Shown here in pieces: positions 1-9,695 of a stretch of 64,000 nucleotides of DNA (position 1 is the stretch's first letter; the number at the start of each line of letters is the position of its first letter). Under the pieces are notes generated by a model that searched no databases, was not told where the DNA came from, and saw nothing but the letters and a program-made list of their open reading frames with translations. This stretch comes from Desulfomonilia bacterium. Lineage in GTDB: Bacteria; Desulfobacterota; Desulfomonilia; UBA1062. Location of the stretch: NCBI GenBank assembly GCA_050014195.1, contig JBEKDT010000014.1:32001-96000 (forward strand). The letters are read 5' to 3'. The translations under genes and the position numbers were made by a program.

Positions 1-1
1 G

Positions 2-355
2 GTTGCAGATGATGAAGACATGGTGCGGGACCTCTGCAAGTCCATGATCGAGCGGCTCGGTTACAAGGTGATGACCGCATGTGATGGTGAGGAGGCAGTC
101 AAGATCTTCCGGGAGAATGCCTCTGAGATAGTCTGTGTCATCCTGGACCTCACCATGCCCAGATTAGACGGCATGGCGGCCTTTGATGAGCTCCGGCATA
201 TCAAGGCCGATGTCAAGGTGATCCTCTCCAGCGGTTATGATGAGCGGGAAGCCACCGAGCGTTTTACCGGCAAGGGGCTTGCCGGTTTCATCAAGAAGCC
301 CTACCAGCTCTCAATCCTTCGTGCTGAGCTGGGCCGGGTTCTGAAGGATCTCTGA
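2..355 (+). CDS. C-terminal receiver domain, probably of a hybrid histidine kinase (5' truncated by window edge)
   Basis: The frame is open from the window start (VADDEDMVR). REC motifs DD, LDLTMP..DG, SSG and KKPY are present. Confidence 0.85.
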   Translation, partial: VADDEDMVRDLCKSMIERLGYKVMTACDGEEAVKIFRENASEIVCVILDLTMPRLDGMAAFDELRHIKADVKVILSSGYDEREATERFTGKGLAGFIKKPYQLSILRAELGRVLKDL

Positions 356-406
356 TATCAGGGTCATTCATCTCACTATCGAGATGAGTAAAATTTTGTA
401 ACTTTA

Positions 407-434
407 TTGACTGTGCGTGCCGGGCCCTTATTAT
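407..434 (+). promoter_or_regulatory. Putative sigma-70 promoter
   Basis: TTGACT-N16-TATTAT upstream of a GGAGG RBS and the ATG at 500. Confidence 0.35.
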
Positions 435-499
435 GCTCTACAAGGAATAGTGCTGCTCCTTTACATCCAAGAAAGCACTCTCCACCAGGAGGGAGACCA

Positions 500-574
500 A
501 TGGATTTCGATCTCAGAGAGGTCAAGGTCGCAGGCCCCCAGCAATTGACATTGCAGATGAAAGCCCTCCAGTGA
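500..574 (+). pseudogene. 24-codon ORF, possible 5' remnant of an acyl-CoA dehydrogenase-like gene
   Basis: Strong RBS AGGAGGGAG, then MDFDLREV...*. MDFDL is a typical ACAD N-terminus. Confidence 0.3.
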
Positions 575-679
575 CCAGTGATCCGTGATCAGTCAATAGA
601 GAAAGAATATATTGGTGGGCGGAATGAGTGTAACCCGCATGCAGGGGCGGCTTGAAGCCACGATCCATTGGTGATCTTG

Positions 680-1720
680 ATGGGACATGATGATACAAAA
701 CCACGTTATAGCCTGCATCGTGAAAAGGGGAAAATCGCCCTGGGTGGAGTTTTCACCGAGGCTGCTTCGGGTGAGCTCATTGATGCCTATCATGCAACAG
801 ACACCAGCTCCGAGCCAGTTCTCGATTTTTCAGAGATCGAGCACATTGACATCTCAGGGATAAACGCACTCATCAAACTGATGCTGCGGGCCGGGGCTCA
901 AGGCCGAAGACTTGCGGCAACGGGCCTGAGTCGGGAGCTCAGGGATATCTTTCAGGCCACCCGGATCGATGAGGTCTTTTGCTCCGAGCCCGACTCTGCA
1001 GGTCAGGTTGTGTCGTCATATGACCCTGGAAAGATGTCGGCATGGGCCAGGCCTATTGAAGGGATTATGCTGTCCGAGATCCCGGAAGGTGCCATCAATA
1101 TGAATGTCGACGGTCGCAAGGTGGTAGGCCCTCTCCAGGGGTTCGGCCGGCTTTGGGAGAAGATCTTCCGTGTCCGGCTTACCGGGGTGAATGCATCGCC
1201 CCAAGAAGTCATCAATGCCTTCAAGGAACACTTCCCGAGCTTTCAACCGCCTCAGAACCGATTTTTCCCGACCAAGGCCGGGATTGCACCCAGTGAGGTG
1301 GTGCTCATCAATGCCCATACCCCTGCCGGATTCATCTGTTCCGGTGTTTGGGTCGTATATGCCGATAAGGAGGCCTTCACTCTGATGACGCCCCAGGGTC
1401 ATCCCGAATCAGGCTGGGTGAGTTTCAGCGCCTTTGGAGAACACGGCTGCACGGTGGCCCGGATCGTGGCTTTTGCAAGGGCAAGCGACCCGCTCTATGA
1501 GATCGGATTCAATATCATGGGTTCACGCGAGCACGAGCGTATCTGGACCCATGTGCTCGAGTCCCTGGCCGGGCATTTCGGGGTGCCCGGTTGGGTGCGC
1601 ATGGATAAAAGCTGTGTCGGAGACCGTCTCCAATGGAACAGGGTGGGGAACATCTGGTACAATGCACAAATCAGGACCATGCTCTCTTCCCTGAAGAGAC
1701 ATTCCCATAAAGGGACTTAA
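680..1720 (+). CDS. STAS (anti-sigma antagonist-like) domain fused to a DUF1990/SRPBCC-like domain
   Basis: LDFSEIEHIDISGINALIKL...LSRELRDIFQATRID is STAS-like. The C-terminal domain has FTLMTPQGHPESGWVSF. Start may be 668 or 680. Confidence 0.65.
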   Translation: MGHDDTKPRYSLHREKGKIALGGVFTEAASGELIDAYHATDTSSEPVLDFSEIEHIDISGINALIKLMLRAGAQGRRLAATGLSRELRDIFQATRIDEVFCSEPDSAGQVVSSYDPGKMSAWARPIEGIMLSEIPEGAINMNVDGRKVVGPLQGFGRLWEKIFRVRLTGVNASPQEVINAFKEHFPSFQPPQNRFFPTKAGIAPSEVVLINAHTPAGFICSGVWVVYADKEAFTLMTPQGHPESGWVSFSAFGEHGCTVARIVAFARASDPLYEIGFNIMGSREHERIWTHVLESLAGHFGVPGWVRMDKSCVGDRLQWNRVGNIWYNAQIRTMLSSLKRHSHKGT

Positions 1721-1726
1721 GGTTTA

Positions 1727-3166
1727 GTGAGGATGGCCCTTCAAGCTCGCTATGATTCAATTGTGGTTGGCTCCGGACCCAACGGCCTTGCTGCCGCCAT
1801 CACCCTTGCAGGACAAGGCAGGTCCGTACTTGTATACGAATCGAGGCAAAACCCTGGCGGTGCGGTGAGCTCGGCAGAGCTGACCTTGCCGGGTTTTATA
1901 CACGATGTCGGGGCAGCGGTCTTCCCCATGGTTCTTGATACCCCGTTCTTCCGGGGTCTTCCCTTAAAAAGGCATGGTCTTGAACTGATTTTTCCCCATG
2001 CATCCCTTGCCCACCCGTTTGATGATGGTACCGCAGCCCTTATCTACCGCGATGTTGACAAGACCATCGAGGGTCTCGGGGCAGACGGCAGGGGTTATGA
2101 GATCCTGGTTAAGCCGATCCTCCAGGGATGGAACGAGCTTTCCTCCGACCTGCTTTCTCCTCTGCACATCCCTTATCACCCATTGCACCTGGCAAACTTC
2201 GGCATCCGGGTAATTGCCCCAGTGACTGTCCTGGCAAGGTCGGTTTTTCGTACCCCGAACGCCCGGGCACTGCTCGCCGGTTTAGGTGCACATTCCATCC
2301 TTCCTCTTACACACCCCTTGAGTTCCTTGTTCGGCATCATTATGGCCGTCAGCTGTCACAATCCCGGCTGGCCCATTGTCAGGGGCGGTGCAGGAGCCCT
2401 CTCCCATGCATTGGTCTCACACCTTACCTCCCTCGGCGGGAAAATCTTGCTATCGCAAGAAGTCAGGGATCTCAATGATCTTGAGCCATCGCGGGCCCTA
2501 TTCTTCGATCTTGCGCCTGCAGGCGTGCTCAAGATCGCAGGGGATAAACTGCCAAGTTCATATCGTCACAGACTTGCGCGCCACCGCGCAGGCCCAGGTG
2601 TCTTTAAGGTGGATTGGGCCCTTGACGGCCCCATCCCCTGGAAGGCACCCGAGTGTCTGGAGGCCGCAACGGTCCATGTTGGCGGCAGCCTGGAGGATGT
2701 TGCACGTTCCGAACGTGATGTATGGAAAGGCTCCCATCCTGAAAGACCATTTGTCTTTCTTGTGCAGCCGAGCCTCTTCGACTCTTCCCGCAGCCCTTAT
2801 GGCAAACACACTGCATGGGCGTATTGCCATGTGCCGAATGGGTCGGACTTCGACATGACCGAGCGCATCGAGGCCCAGATCGAGAGGTTCGCCCCGGGTT
2901 TCCGGGATAGTATCATCTGCAGGAATATCATGCCTCCTTCGGCCATCGAGCGGTTTGATGCCAACTGTATCGGCGGCGATATTGCAGGTGGGGCCAACAC
3001 GATCCGAGGGTTGTTTGCCAGGCCCGTCTTGAGCCTCAATCCCTATGCCATGCCTGCAGACCATATGTATATATGCTCAGCCTCCACACCTCCCGGCGGC
3101 GGGGTCCACGGGCTATGCGGCTTTCATGCAGCGAACAGATACCTTGAGATCACCCCGTTCGACTGA
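1727..3166 (+). CDS. Phytoene dehydrogenase-like FAD-dependent oxidoreductase
   Basis: GSGPNGL dinucleotide-binding motif, PGFIHDVGAAV, and C-terminal CSASTPPGGGVHGLCG. Confidence 0.85.
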   Translation: MRMALQARYDSIVVGSGPNGLAAAITLAGQGRSVLVYESRQNPGGAVSSAELTLPGFIHDVGAAVFPMVLDTPFFRGLPLKRHGLELIFPHASLAHPFDDGTAALIYRDVDKTIEGLGADGRGYEILVKPILQGWNELSSDLLSPLHIPYHPLHLANFGIRVIAPVTVLARSVFRTPNARALLAGLGAHSILPLTHPLSSLFGIIMAVSCHNPGWPIVRGGAGALSHALVSHLTSLGGKILLSQEVRDLNDLEPSRALFFDLAPAGVLKIAGDKLPSSYRHRLARHRAGPGVFKVDWALDGPIPWKAPECLEAATVHVGGSLEDVARSERDVWKGSHPERPFVFLVQPSLFDSSRSPYGKHTAWAYCHVPNGSDFDMTERIEAQIERFAPGFRDSIICRNIMPPSAIERFDANCIGGDIAGGANTIRGLFARPVLSLNPYAMPADHMYICSASTPPGGGVHGLCGFHAANRYLEITPFD

Positions 3167-3201
3167 GAGGCAATAAGAATCCCGGCCATCATAACGGGCA
3201 G

Positions 3202-4167
3202 CTACCCCGCAAAATGGTCGTATCCCTTTTTCATTTCCAGAGCGCGGCCTTCCTTAAGGATGTAGATCCCGTCTTCTTTCGGCAGGACCTCACCCACAAC
3301 TGTGAAGTCAAGAAACTCTTTTTTCAGGGCAGGGATATTTTTTTGCGGGATGGTGAACACCAGTTCAAAGTCCTCGCCGCCGTAAAGGGCGTATTGCTGC
3401 GGTTCATCGGAAAGGGTCCGTGCCGCCTCGATGGTTTCCTTTGAAAGCGGGATCTTTTCCCAGTCTATGCGTGCACCGGTGCCGCTCTCCTCGCATATGT
3501 GCCCCACTTCGCTCCCCAGCCCGTCGCTCACATCGATCATGGCGTGGGCATGCCGGGCTATGGCCTTGCCTTCGCTTTCCAGTCGGCATAGAGGCTCCAG
3601 GTGGCCTTTCAGGTAGCCTTCTTTTATTCCTTTCCTGAGAAGCCTTAAACCCGCCTCGCTCTTGCCCAGGGTGCCGGTGACACAGACGAAGTCCCCCGGT
3701 ATTGCATGGGAGCGCAGGCGTACCAGGTTTCTGTCCACGTCACCGACAAGGGCCAGGTTGAGCACCAGATCGCGGCCGTGGGTGGTGTCGCCTCCGATGA
3801 GCTCGACACGGTGCTTGGCAGCGGAATCATACAGGCCGCGATAGAAATCATCCATGAACTCCACCTTAGTGTCTGCTCTCAGTGCCAGTGAGATAAAGGC
3901 CCAGCGCGGGGTGCCCCCCATGGAAATGATATCGGACACATTCGATTCCATGAGCTTCTTTCCCACCTGGTAGGGCGTGTGCCAGGCAAGGGAAAAATGG
4001 TCATTCTCTACCATCATGTCTACGGTTATGAGCAGATATCTATCAGAAGTATATTCCAGCACCGCGCAGTCGTCACCGATCCCCTTGATGACGGCAGGGT
4101 CATTATACTGCACACCGGTGAGGCGCCTGATCAAGGCAAATTCACCGCCGATATCCGATATCTTCAT
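3202..4167 (-). CDS. thiL: Thiamine-monophosphate kinase
   Basis: GEFALI, GIGDDCA, NVSDIISMG, IGGDT, IDVSDGL and GGEDFEL motifs. ATGA overlap with the thiC stop. Confidence 0.95.
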   Translation of the reverse strand: MKISDIGGEFALIRRLTGVQYNDPAVIKGIGDDCAVLEYTSDRYLLITVDMMVENDHFSLAWHTPYQVGKKLMESNVSDIISMGGTPRWAFISLALRADTKVEFMDDFYRGLYDSAAKHRVELIGGDTTHGRDLVLNLALVGDVDRNLVRLRSHAIPGDFVCVTGTLGKSEAGLRLLRKGIKEGYLKGHLEPLCRLESEGKAIARHAHAMIDVSDGLGSEVGHICEESGTGARIDWEKIPLSKETIEAARTLSDEPQQYALYGGEDFELVFTIPQKNIPALKKEFLDFTVVGEVLPKEDGIYILKEGRALEMKKGYDHFAG

Positions 4168-5435
4168 ATGTGGTATTGCCCCCTGCATTCCTTGTTGATC
4201 TTTGCCGAGCAGAAATCACCGCACATGGTACAGACTTCCGCTCCGTCCTTTCCTGTTTCCTTCCGTATGGCGCGTGCCTTTTCCGGGTTGAGCGCAATGT
4301 TGTACATACCCTCCCAGTCCAGATTGCTTCGTGCCCTGGACATGGCGTCGTCGCGGTCGCGGGCCCCCGGTATGCCCCGGGCGATGTCCGCCGCGTGCGC
4401 AGCGATCTTGGATGCAATCACCCCGTCGATGACGTCCTTTATATCCGGAAGGCCCAGGTGTTCTTTCGGCGTAAGGTAGCAGAGGAAATCCGCCCCGTAA
4501 TAGGCAGCCAGGGCGCCTCCGATGGCGCCGGTGAGGTGGTCGTAACCGGGCGAGCAGTCGGTAACCAGCGGGCCTAAGACATAAAACGGTGCGCCGTTGC
4601 AGTATTTCTTCTGTAGATCGATGTTCTCTTTTATCATGTGCAGGGGTACGTGCCCCGGGCCTTCGATCATCACCTGCACGTCTTTCGCCTGGGCACGTGC
4701 CGCAAGCTCACCCAGGGTCTTGAGCTCTGCTATCTGGGCCGGGTCCGTGGCGTCGGCGAGGCAGCCCGGCCGCAGGCCGTCGCCCAGGCTCAGGACCACA
4801 TCGTATTTTTTCGCCATGTCAAGGATCTCATCATAGCGCGTAAAGAGCGGGTTTTCCTGCCCGTGATGGAGCATCCATTTGATGAGAAAACTCCCGCCAC
4901 GCGACACCACGCCCATGATACGCGACCCCAGAAGGGGGATGCATTTACGTGTGACGCCGCAGTGCACGGTGATGAAGTCCACACCGTCTTCGATGTGCTT
5001 TCGTATGGAATCGAGAAAGTCATCCTCCGTGAGGCCTGCCACGTCCGGGCAGCGCACAATGGCCTCGTATACGGGTACCGTACCCACGGGCACCTTTGAT
5101 GTGCTCAGAATCGTCTTTCGCATGGAGCGGATGTCTCCTCCGGTGGAGAGGTCCATCACCGTATCCGCCCCATACCTGATTGAAGCGGCGAGCTTCTCTA
5201 TCTCCTGCACCGGATCGGCGTTGAAGTTGGATGTCCCGATATTGGCATTTATCTTTATCTTCAGGCCTTTGCCGATCCCTACAGGAACGCAGTCGTGGAG
5301 CGAGCTCTTGAGGATCACGGTATTGCCGGCAGCGACATTGTTCCGAATTTCATCGGCGCTTAAGGGCTCTTGCTCCGCTACCTTTTGCATCTCAACAGAG
5401 ATGCGCTTGTTTTTTGCATATTCAAGCTGTGTCAT
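4164..5435 (-). CDS. thiC: Phosphomethylpyrimidine synthase
   Basis: KINANIGTS, DTVMDLSTGG, SRGGS, EGPGHVP and CTMCG.FC motifs. Confidence 0.97.
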   Translation of the reverse strand: MTQLEYAKNKRISVEMQKVAEQEPLSADEIRNNVAAGNTVILKSSLHDCVPVGIGKGLKIKINANIGTSNFNADPVQEIEKLAASIRYGADTVMDLSTGGDIRSMRKTILSTSKVPVGTVPVYEAIVRCPDVAGLTEDDFLDSIRKHIEDGVDFITVHCGVTRKCIPLLGSRIMGVVSRGGSFLIKWMLHHGQENPLFTRYDEILDMAKKYDVVLSLGDGLRPGCLADATDPAQIAELKTLGELAARAQAKDVQVMIEGPGHVPLHMIKENIDLQKKYCNGAPFYVLGPLVTDCSPGYDHLTGAIGGALAAYYGADFLCYLTPKEHLGLPDIKDVIDGVIASKIAAHAADIARGIPGARDRDDAMSRARSNLDWEGMYNIALNPEKARAIRKETGKDGAEVCTMCGDFCSAKINKECRGQYHI

Positions 5436-6043
5436 AATCCGAACTCCTTTTGAAACTTTCGTATTTGGGCTGCAACATCAGGTTTTGTCACCACGGCCGA
5501 TATGGCGCAGACCATATCCGCCCCCGCCTCAATAACCATACCCGCATTAGCCAGGTCGATGCCGCCTATGGCCGCGATTGGTAAGTGGCTGGCCTTCCGG
5601 ATCGCTCTCAATCCTTCTACACCACACGGAGTGCCTGCGTCCAGCTTGGTGGCTGTAGCAAAGATGGGGCTCACACCCAGATAGTCGGCGCCCAAGTCTT
5701 GAGCAATAAGGGCTTCTTCGAGCGTGTGCACGGTCACCCCGATGATCTTATCGTTGCCCAGCAGTCTGCGGGCCTCTTGATAGGGCATGTCCTCCTGCCC
5801 GATATGGACACCGTCGGCATCCACTGCCAGTGCGATATCGATCCGGTCATTTATGATAAGCTTGGCGCCGCTGACTGAACACAGATTCCTTATGGAGACA
5901 GCCTCGTTATACAGTATGCGTGTCTGAGCACCCTTGTTGCGGTACTGAATGATCTTCACCCCTGCCGCAACGGCATTCTCCACGTCACTTGCCATGCCGG
6001 CTGCGCTGTATGTTGAATCGGTGATGAAGTAGTATCCCCTCAT
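5432..6043 (-). CDS. thiE: Thiamine phosphate synthase
   Basis: QYRNK, IINDRIDIA, GVHIGQED, TATK and AIGGI motifs. Confidence 0.95.
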   Translation of the reverse strand: MRGYYFITDSTYSAAGMASDVENAVAAGVKIIQYRNKGAQTRILYNEAVSIRNLCSVSGAKLIINDRIDIALAVDADGVHIGQEDMPYQEARRLLGNDKIIGVTVHTLEEALIAQDLGADYLGVSPIFATATKLDAGTPCGVEGLRAIRKASHLPIAAIGGIDLANAGMVIEAGADMVCAISAVVTKPDVAAQIRKFQKEFGL

Positions 6044-6831
6044 TGCCCCACCTTCTGCAAGGAAACTATTTCATCCTTTGTCAGGGAGAAGATGCGATCA
6101 AAGAGGTTTTCTTTGAAGGATGCCGGGCCTTTGGCGGTTTTCACGGCCAGTTCTGCCGCGATCTCGTAGCAGCAGAGACCCGCAGCAGCGGCCGCGGTTA
6201 TATCATGCGGCGACGCCCCTGCAAAGGTGCCGATGACGGATGCGGCCATGCATCCCGTGCCCACCACGTGAGACATCATCTCATGGCCGTTGCGGATGAT
6301 ATAGGTCTCTTTTTTATCCGCCACGATATCTTCCTTGCCGGTGATTACCACGGTGCAATCCCTTTTCCCGGCAAGGTCTAGGGCTATATCGCAAAGGTCA
6401 AACCCGACATGCTCTGCATCAACACCCCGGGTGCGCACGTCCAACCCTAAGATGCGTGCGATCTCCGAGCTGTTTCCCTTGATGATGCCGATTCGTGCAC
6501 TATCAAGGAGCTCGGAGCTTTTCATATCCCTGAAGGGTGTGGCCCCTGCGCCGCATACATCCAGCACTATTGGGATGCCCCTGCTGTTGGCCGCACGGGC
6601 TGCGATCTTCATGCTTTCAATGATATCGACGGTGAGCGTGCCGATGTTCAACACCAAAGCCGAGGCCAGGCCCGACATCTCCGCCGCTTCTTCCGGGGCG
6701 TGTGCCATGACGGGTGATGCGCCGAAGGATTTGACCACCTGGGCGCAGTCATAAATGGTAACCCAGTTCGTGAGATGGTGCACAACAGGGGCCTTCTTGC
6801 GAACGGCTTCAAGAAACGAATACGCATCCAT
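6040..6831 (-). CDS. thiM: Hydroxyethylthiazole kinase
   Basis: HHLTNWVT, GASPVMA, LNIGTL, IKGNSSEI and VGTGC motifs. Confidence 0.95.
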   Translation of the reverse strand: MDAYSFLEAVRKKAPVVHHLTNWVTIYDCAQVVKSFGASPVMAHAPEEAAEMSGLASALVLNIGTLTVDIIESMKIAARAANSRGIPIVLDVCGAGATPFRDMKSSELLDSARIGIIKGNSSEIARILGLDVRTRGVDAEHVGFDLCDIALDLAGKRDCTVVITGKEDIVADKKETYIIRNGHEMMSHVVGTGCMAASVIGTFAGASPHDITAAAAAGLCCYEIAAELAVKTAKGPASFKENLFDRIFSLTKDEIVSLQKVGQ

Positions 6832-6894
6832 ACCCGTATACTCCTTTATTCTTTTATGAGGGATGGAATGGAGGGAGAAAGGATCATGCTCTTT

Positions 6895-6972
6895 GGATCC
6901 CTACGCCGGCATTACCCGGATCAGGTTCAATGGGTATAATCTCAGGCCCCGTACCGGAACCACCCCTTGTTC
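6895..6972 (-). ncRNA. TPP riboswitch aptamer
   Basis: The minus strand reads AGGGGTG...CTGAGA TTATACCC ATTGAACCTGATCCGGGTAATGCCGGCGTAGGGA, the THI-box consensus, directly upstream of thiM. Confidence 0.95.
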
Positions 6973-7103
6973 ATACCAGTTTAGCGCTGAATGGGGATAT
7001 CGTCAAGCCTTCCTGCAAGAATCATTACTTTGAAGGATTTACCGGGTTGAAACCCAGGGGGAAATATTCGAAACACGGCTTTCATTGACGCGAGATCCCT
7101 GAG

Positions 7104-8342
7104 TTGGTAAGTCAGATCACTATGCTTACAACGCACTTGAGGCGTATGTCCCGGGAACTTAGGATTTTTATTGCAGCCTCACTGGCAATGGGCATGGCAT
7201 ACAGCATCATGGATGCGACGTTTAATAATTTCCTGAATGATCGGTTTGCCCTGAGCGGGTTCGAGCGATCTTTTCTCGAGATTCCCCGGGAGCTGCCGGG
7301 CGTTCTCGTGGTTTTTGCATCGGCCTTGCTCTGGTTTCTCTGCAGCCGCCGCCTGGCAGTGGTGGCCATGCTGCTGGGGGGTGCGGGCACCGCCCTTATC
7401 GGTTTTGCTTCACCCACCTATGTAGTCATGGTGCTCTGGTTGTTCGTCTACAGCCTGGGCCAGCACATCTTTTTGCCCCTGTCTTCCGCCATCGGGATGG
7501 AGCTTGCCAGGGAAGGCAAGACAGGACAGCGCCTGGGGCAATTGAATGCCATACGTAATCTCTCAGCCATTCTCGGGAGCTTCCTGGTCTTTATCGGATT
7601 CAAGTACCTCGGGTTCACCTTTCATCATACCTTTGCCATGTCCGCTGTGGCCTTTGTGGTGGCAGCCCTCCTCTTGATCATCATGAAGCCGGATAAAACG
7701 CAGCCGCCGGCGCTGCATCTGAAGCTCCATAAGGAATACTCTCTGTATTATGTCCTCTCAGTGCTCTATGGGTCACGCAAACAGCTGTTCCTTACGTTTG
7801 CGCCCTGGGTGCTGGTTACCGTATTTCATCAGCCGACACAGACCCTCGCCACGCTCCTGACCCTGGGCGGGGTGATCGGCATTGTGTTCCAGCCCCTGCT
7901 GGGCTGGGCGACCGACCGTTTGGGCGAGCGCTTTGTCCTGATGTCCGAGGCCGTGCTGCTGGTGTTCGTTTGCTCCGGTTATGGATTTGCCAGGTCCTTG
8001 TTTTCAGAGGACGTCGCGTTCCTCATCGCCTGCGGGTGCTTCCTGCTCGATCAGATGCTGATGTCGGTGAATATGGCCCGCGCCATGTATATGAAGAAGA
8101 TAGCCCTTCATGCCTCGCACGTCCAGCCTGCGCTCACCATGTCGGTGAGCATCGATCATATCTTCTCCATGACGGTTGCCTTGCTGGGCGGGCTCATTTG
8201 GAACCGCTTCGGCTTCCAGTATGTGTTTCTGCTCGGGGCCTTCATCGCACTCGGAAACTTCCTGGCTGCATGGCAGGTCCGCGTGCCGAAGCCAGCCGGA
8301 ATAATTGAAGAAGTATCCCCGGATCTTCTGCAGGGAGATTGA
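7104..8342 (+). CDS. MFS transporter
   Basis: About 12 hydrophobic segments and a GWATDRLGER motif-A-like loop. True start may be ATG 7122. Confidence 0.85.
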   Translation: MVSQITMLTTHLRRMSRELRIFIAASLAMGMAYSIMDATFNNFLNDRFALSGFERSFLEIPRELPGVLVVFASALLWFLCSRRLAVVAMLLGGAGTALIGFASPTYVVMVLWLFVYSLGQHIFLPLSSAIGMELAREGKTGQRLGQLNAIRNLSAILGSFLVFIGFKYLGFTFHHTFAMSAVAFVVAALLLIIMKPDKTQPPALHLKLHKEYSLYYVLSVLYGSRKQLFLTFAPWVLVTVFHQPTQTLATLLTLGGVIGIVFQPLLGWATDRLGERFVLMSEAVLLVFVCSGYGFARSLFSEDVAFLIACGCFLLDQMLMSVNMARAMYMKKIALHASHVQPALTMSVSIDHIFSMTVALLGGLIWNRFGFQYVFLLGAFIALGNFLAAWQVRVPKPAGIIEEVSPDLLQGD

Positions 8343-8431
8343 TACCAGGGTCGGCAGGGAGGAAGCAGGGTATACTCCGGGAAACTTTTGACCATGAATG
8401 CATCCTCGTTGGCCCCTGCCGGATTTTTTTA

Positions 8432-8498
8432 TTGCAATCTGAATCTTCAGGGATTATATTGACCTTAATAATAGGTCATATGACCTATATTTGAGGTC
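8432..8498 (+). promoter_or_regulatory. Sigma-70 promoter followed by two tandem GACCT-N7-AGGTC operators
   Basis: TTGCAA-N17-TATATT at 8432-8460. GACCTtaataatAGGTC at 8461-8477 and GACCTatatttgAGGTC at 8482-8498. Confidence 0.7.
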
Positions 8499-8504
8499 GG
8501 TAGG

Positions 8505-8834
8505 ATGCTTGAGTCTTTGCTTGGATCCATAAACAGGGAACGGGTTCTCCTTTTCCTTCATGCCAGAAACGAAGGATATGCGCGAGAGATCGCCAGGTTC
8601 TTCAAGACCGATCTCGACCCCATCCAGAAACAACTTGAAAGGCTGGAATTTGGCAATGTCATCTACAGCAGGAATGCCGGCAAAACAAGGGTATATTCTC
8701 TCAGCCCCCGTTACCCATTTCTGGCAGAACTGAAGGCCCTTCTTGATAAGGCATTATCCTTCTACTCTGCTGAGGAAAGGGAAGGTCTTGTCATGGTCAG
8801 GCAGAGACCAAGGAGGAAGGGTAAACCACTGTGA
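8505..8834 (+). CDS. Winged-helix (ArsR-like) transcriptional regulator / putative antitoxin
   Basis: LLGSINRERVLLFL...YAREIARFF...IQKQLERLE...GKTRVY wHTH pattern. GTGA overlap with the next gene. Confidence 0.75.
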   Translation: MLESLLGSINRERVLLFLHARNEGYAREIARFFKTDLDPIQKQLERLEFGNVIYSRNAGKTRVYSLSPRYPFLAELKALLDKALSFYSAEEREGLVMVRQRPRRKGKPL

Positions 8835-9379
8835 AGCCGATCAGTGATATGACTCTTGGCGAGCTTGCAGCCTACGCATGCACGCATCTCAAGAGCAAAG
8901 GCATTAATGTAGTTCTTTCCGGCGGCGCCTGCGTGTCGATTTATACGACGAATCGATATCAATCATTTGACCTCGACTTCATAGAAAACATTGCTTCCGG
9001 CAGGAAGAAGATAAAAGAAGTACTACAAGAGATCGGATTCTCTGAGGAGCATCGTTACTTCAAACACCCTGAAACCGAATTCTTCATTGAGTTTCCGCCC
9101 GGCCCGCTTTCCATCGGCGATGAGCCCGTAATGGAAACCGTAACAAAAGAATTCTCCACAGGTCAGCTCCGGCTCATCTCCCCCACGGATTGCGTGAAGG
9201 ACAGACTTGCTGCGTATTACCACTGGAATGACAGACAGAGCCTCGATCAGGCGCTTCTTGTGGCAGAATCAAACGACATTGATCTTAAGGAGGTAGAGCG
9301 CTGGTCGGCCAAAGAGGGCAGGTCACGTGAGTTCTCGGCAGTGCGGGAACTGTTTGTTAAAAAACAGAAGTCAGAGTAG
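8831..9379 (+). CDS. Nucleotidyltransferase-fold protein (AbiEii/DUF6036-like)
   Basis: VVLSGGACVSIY...SFDLDF fits the GG...DxD pol-beta NTase signature. Confidence 0.65.
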   Translation: MKPISDMTLGELAAYACTHLKSKGINVVLSGGACVSIYTTNRYQSFDLDFIENIASGRKKIKEVLQEIGFSEEHRYFKHPETEFFIEFPPGPLSIGDEPVMETVTKEFSTGQLRLISPTDCVKDRLAAYYHWNDRQSLDQALLVAESNDIDLKEVERWSAKEGRSREFSAVRELFVKKQKSE

Positions 9380-9695
9380 AGGTAGATTGAGAAGAGTGAC
9401 ACCAACCCCGGCAATGCGACCATGAGCCCTGCCCCTCGCAGCGGCTTAACCGGCGCCCAGCGCCTCAAGGCACGATGGGGCCCGGCCCTTCTATTGGCGC
9501 GCGGTGGGGTAATCGAGCACGGTCACAGGGATTAATCTATTTCGGCATCGCACAGACGGACAATAAATCTGTTCCCTCTTTCTCTTTAATACTTATGTAC
9601 CACGGGCAAGCCCTTCGGGCTTCGCCCGTGCCACCCATAAATATTGTTTCTTATCAATGCCACCCGACGGTCTGAATGCCATTGCAGGGCTAGGC

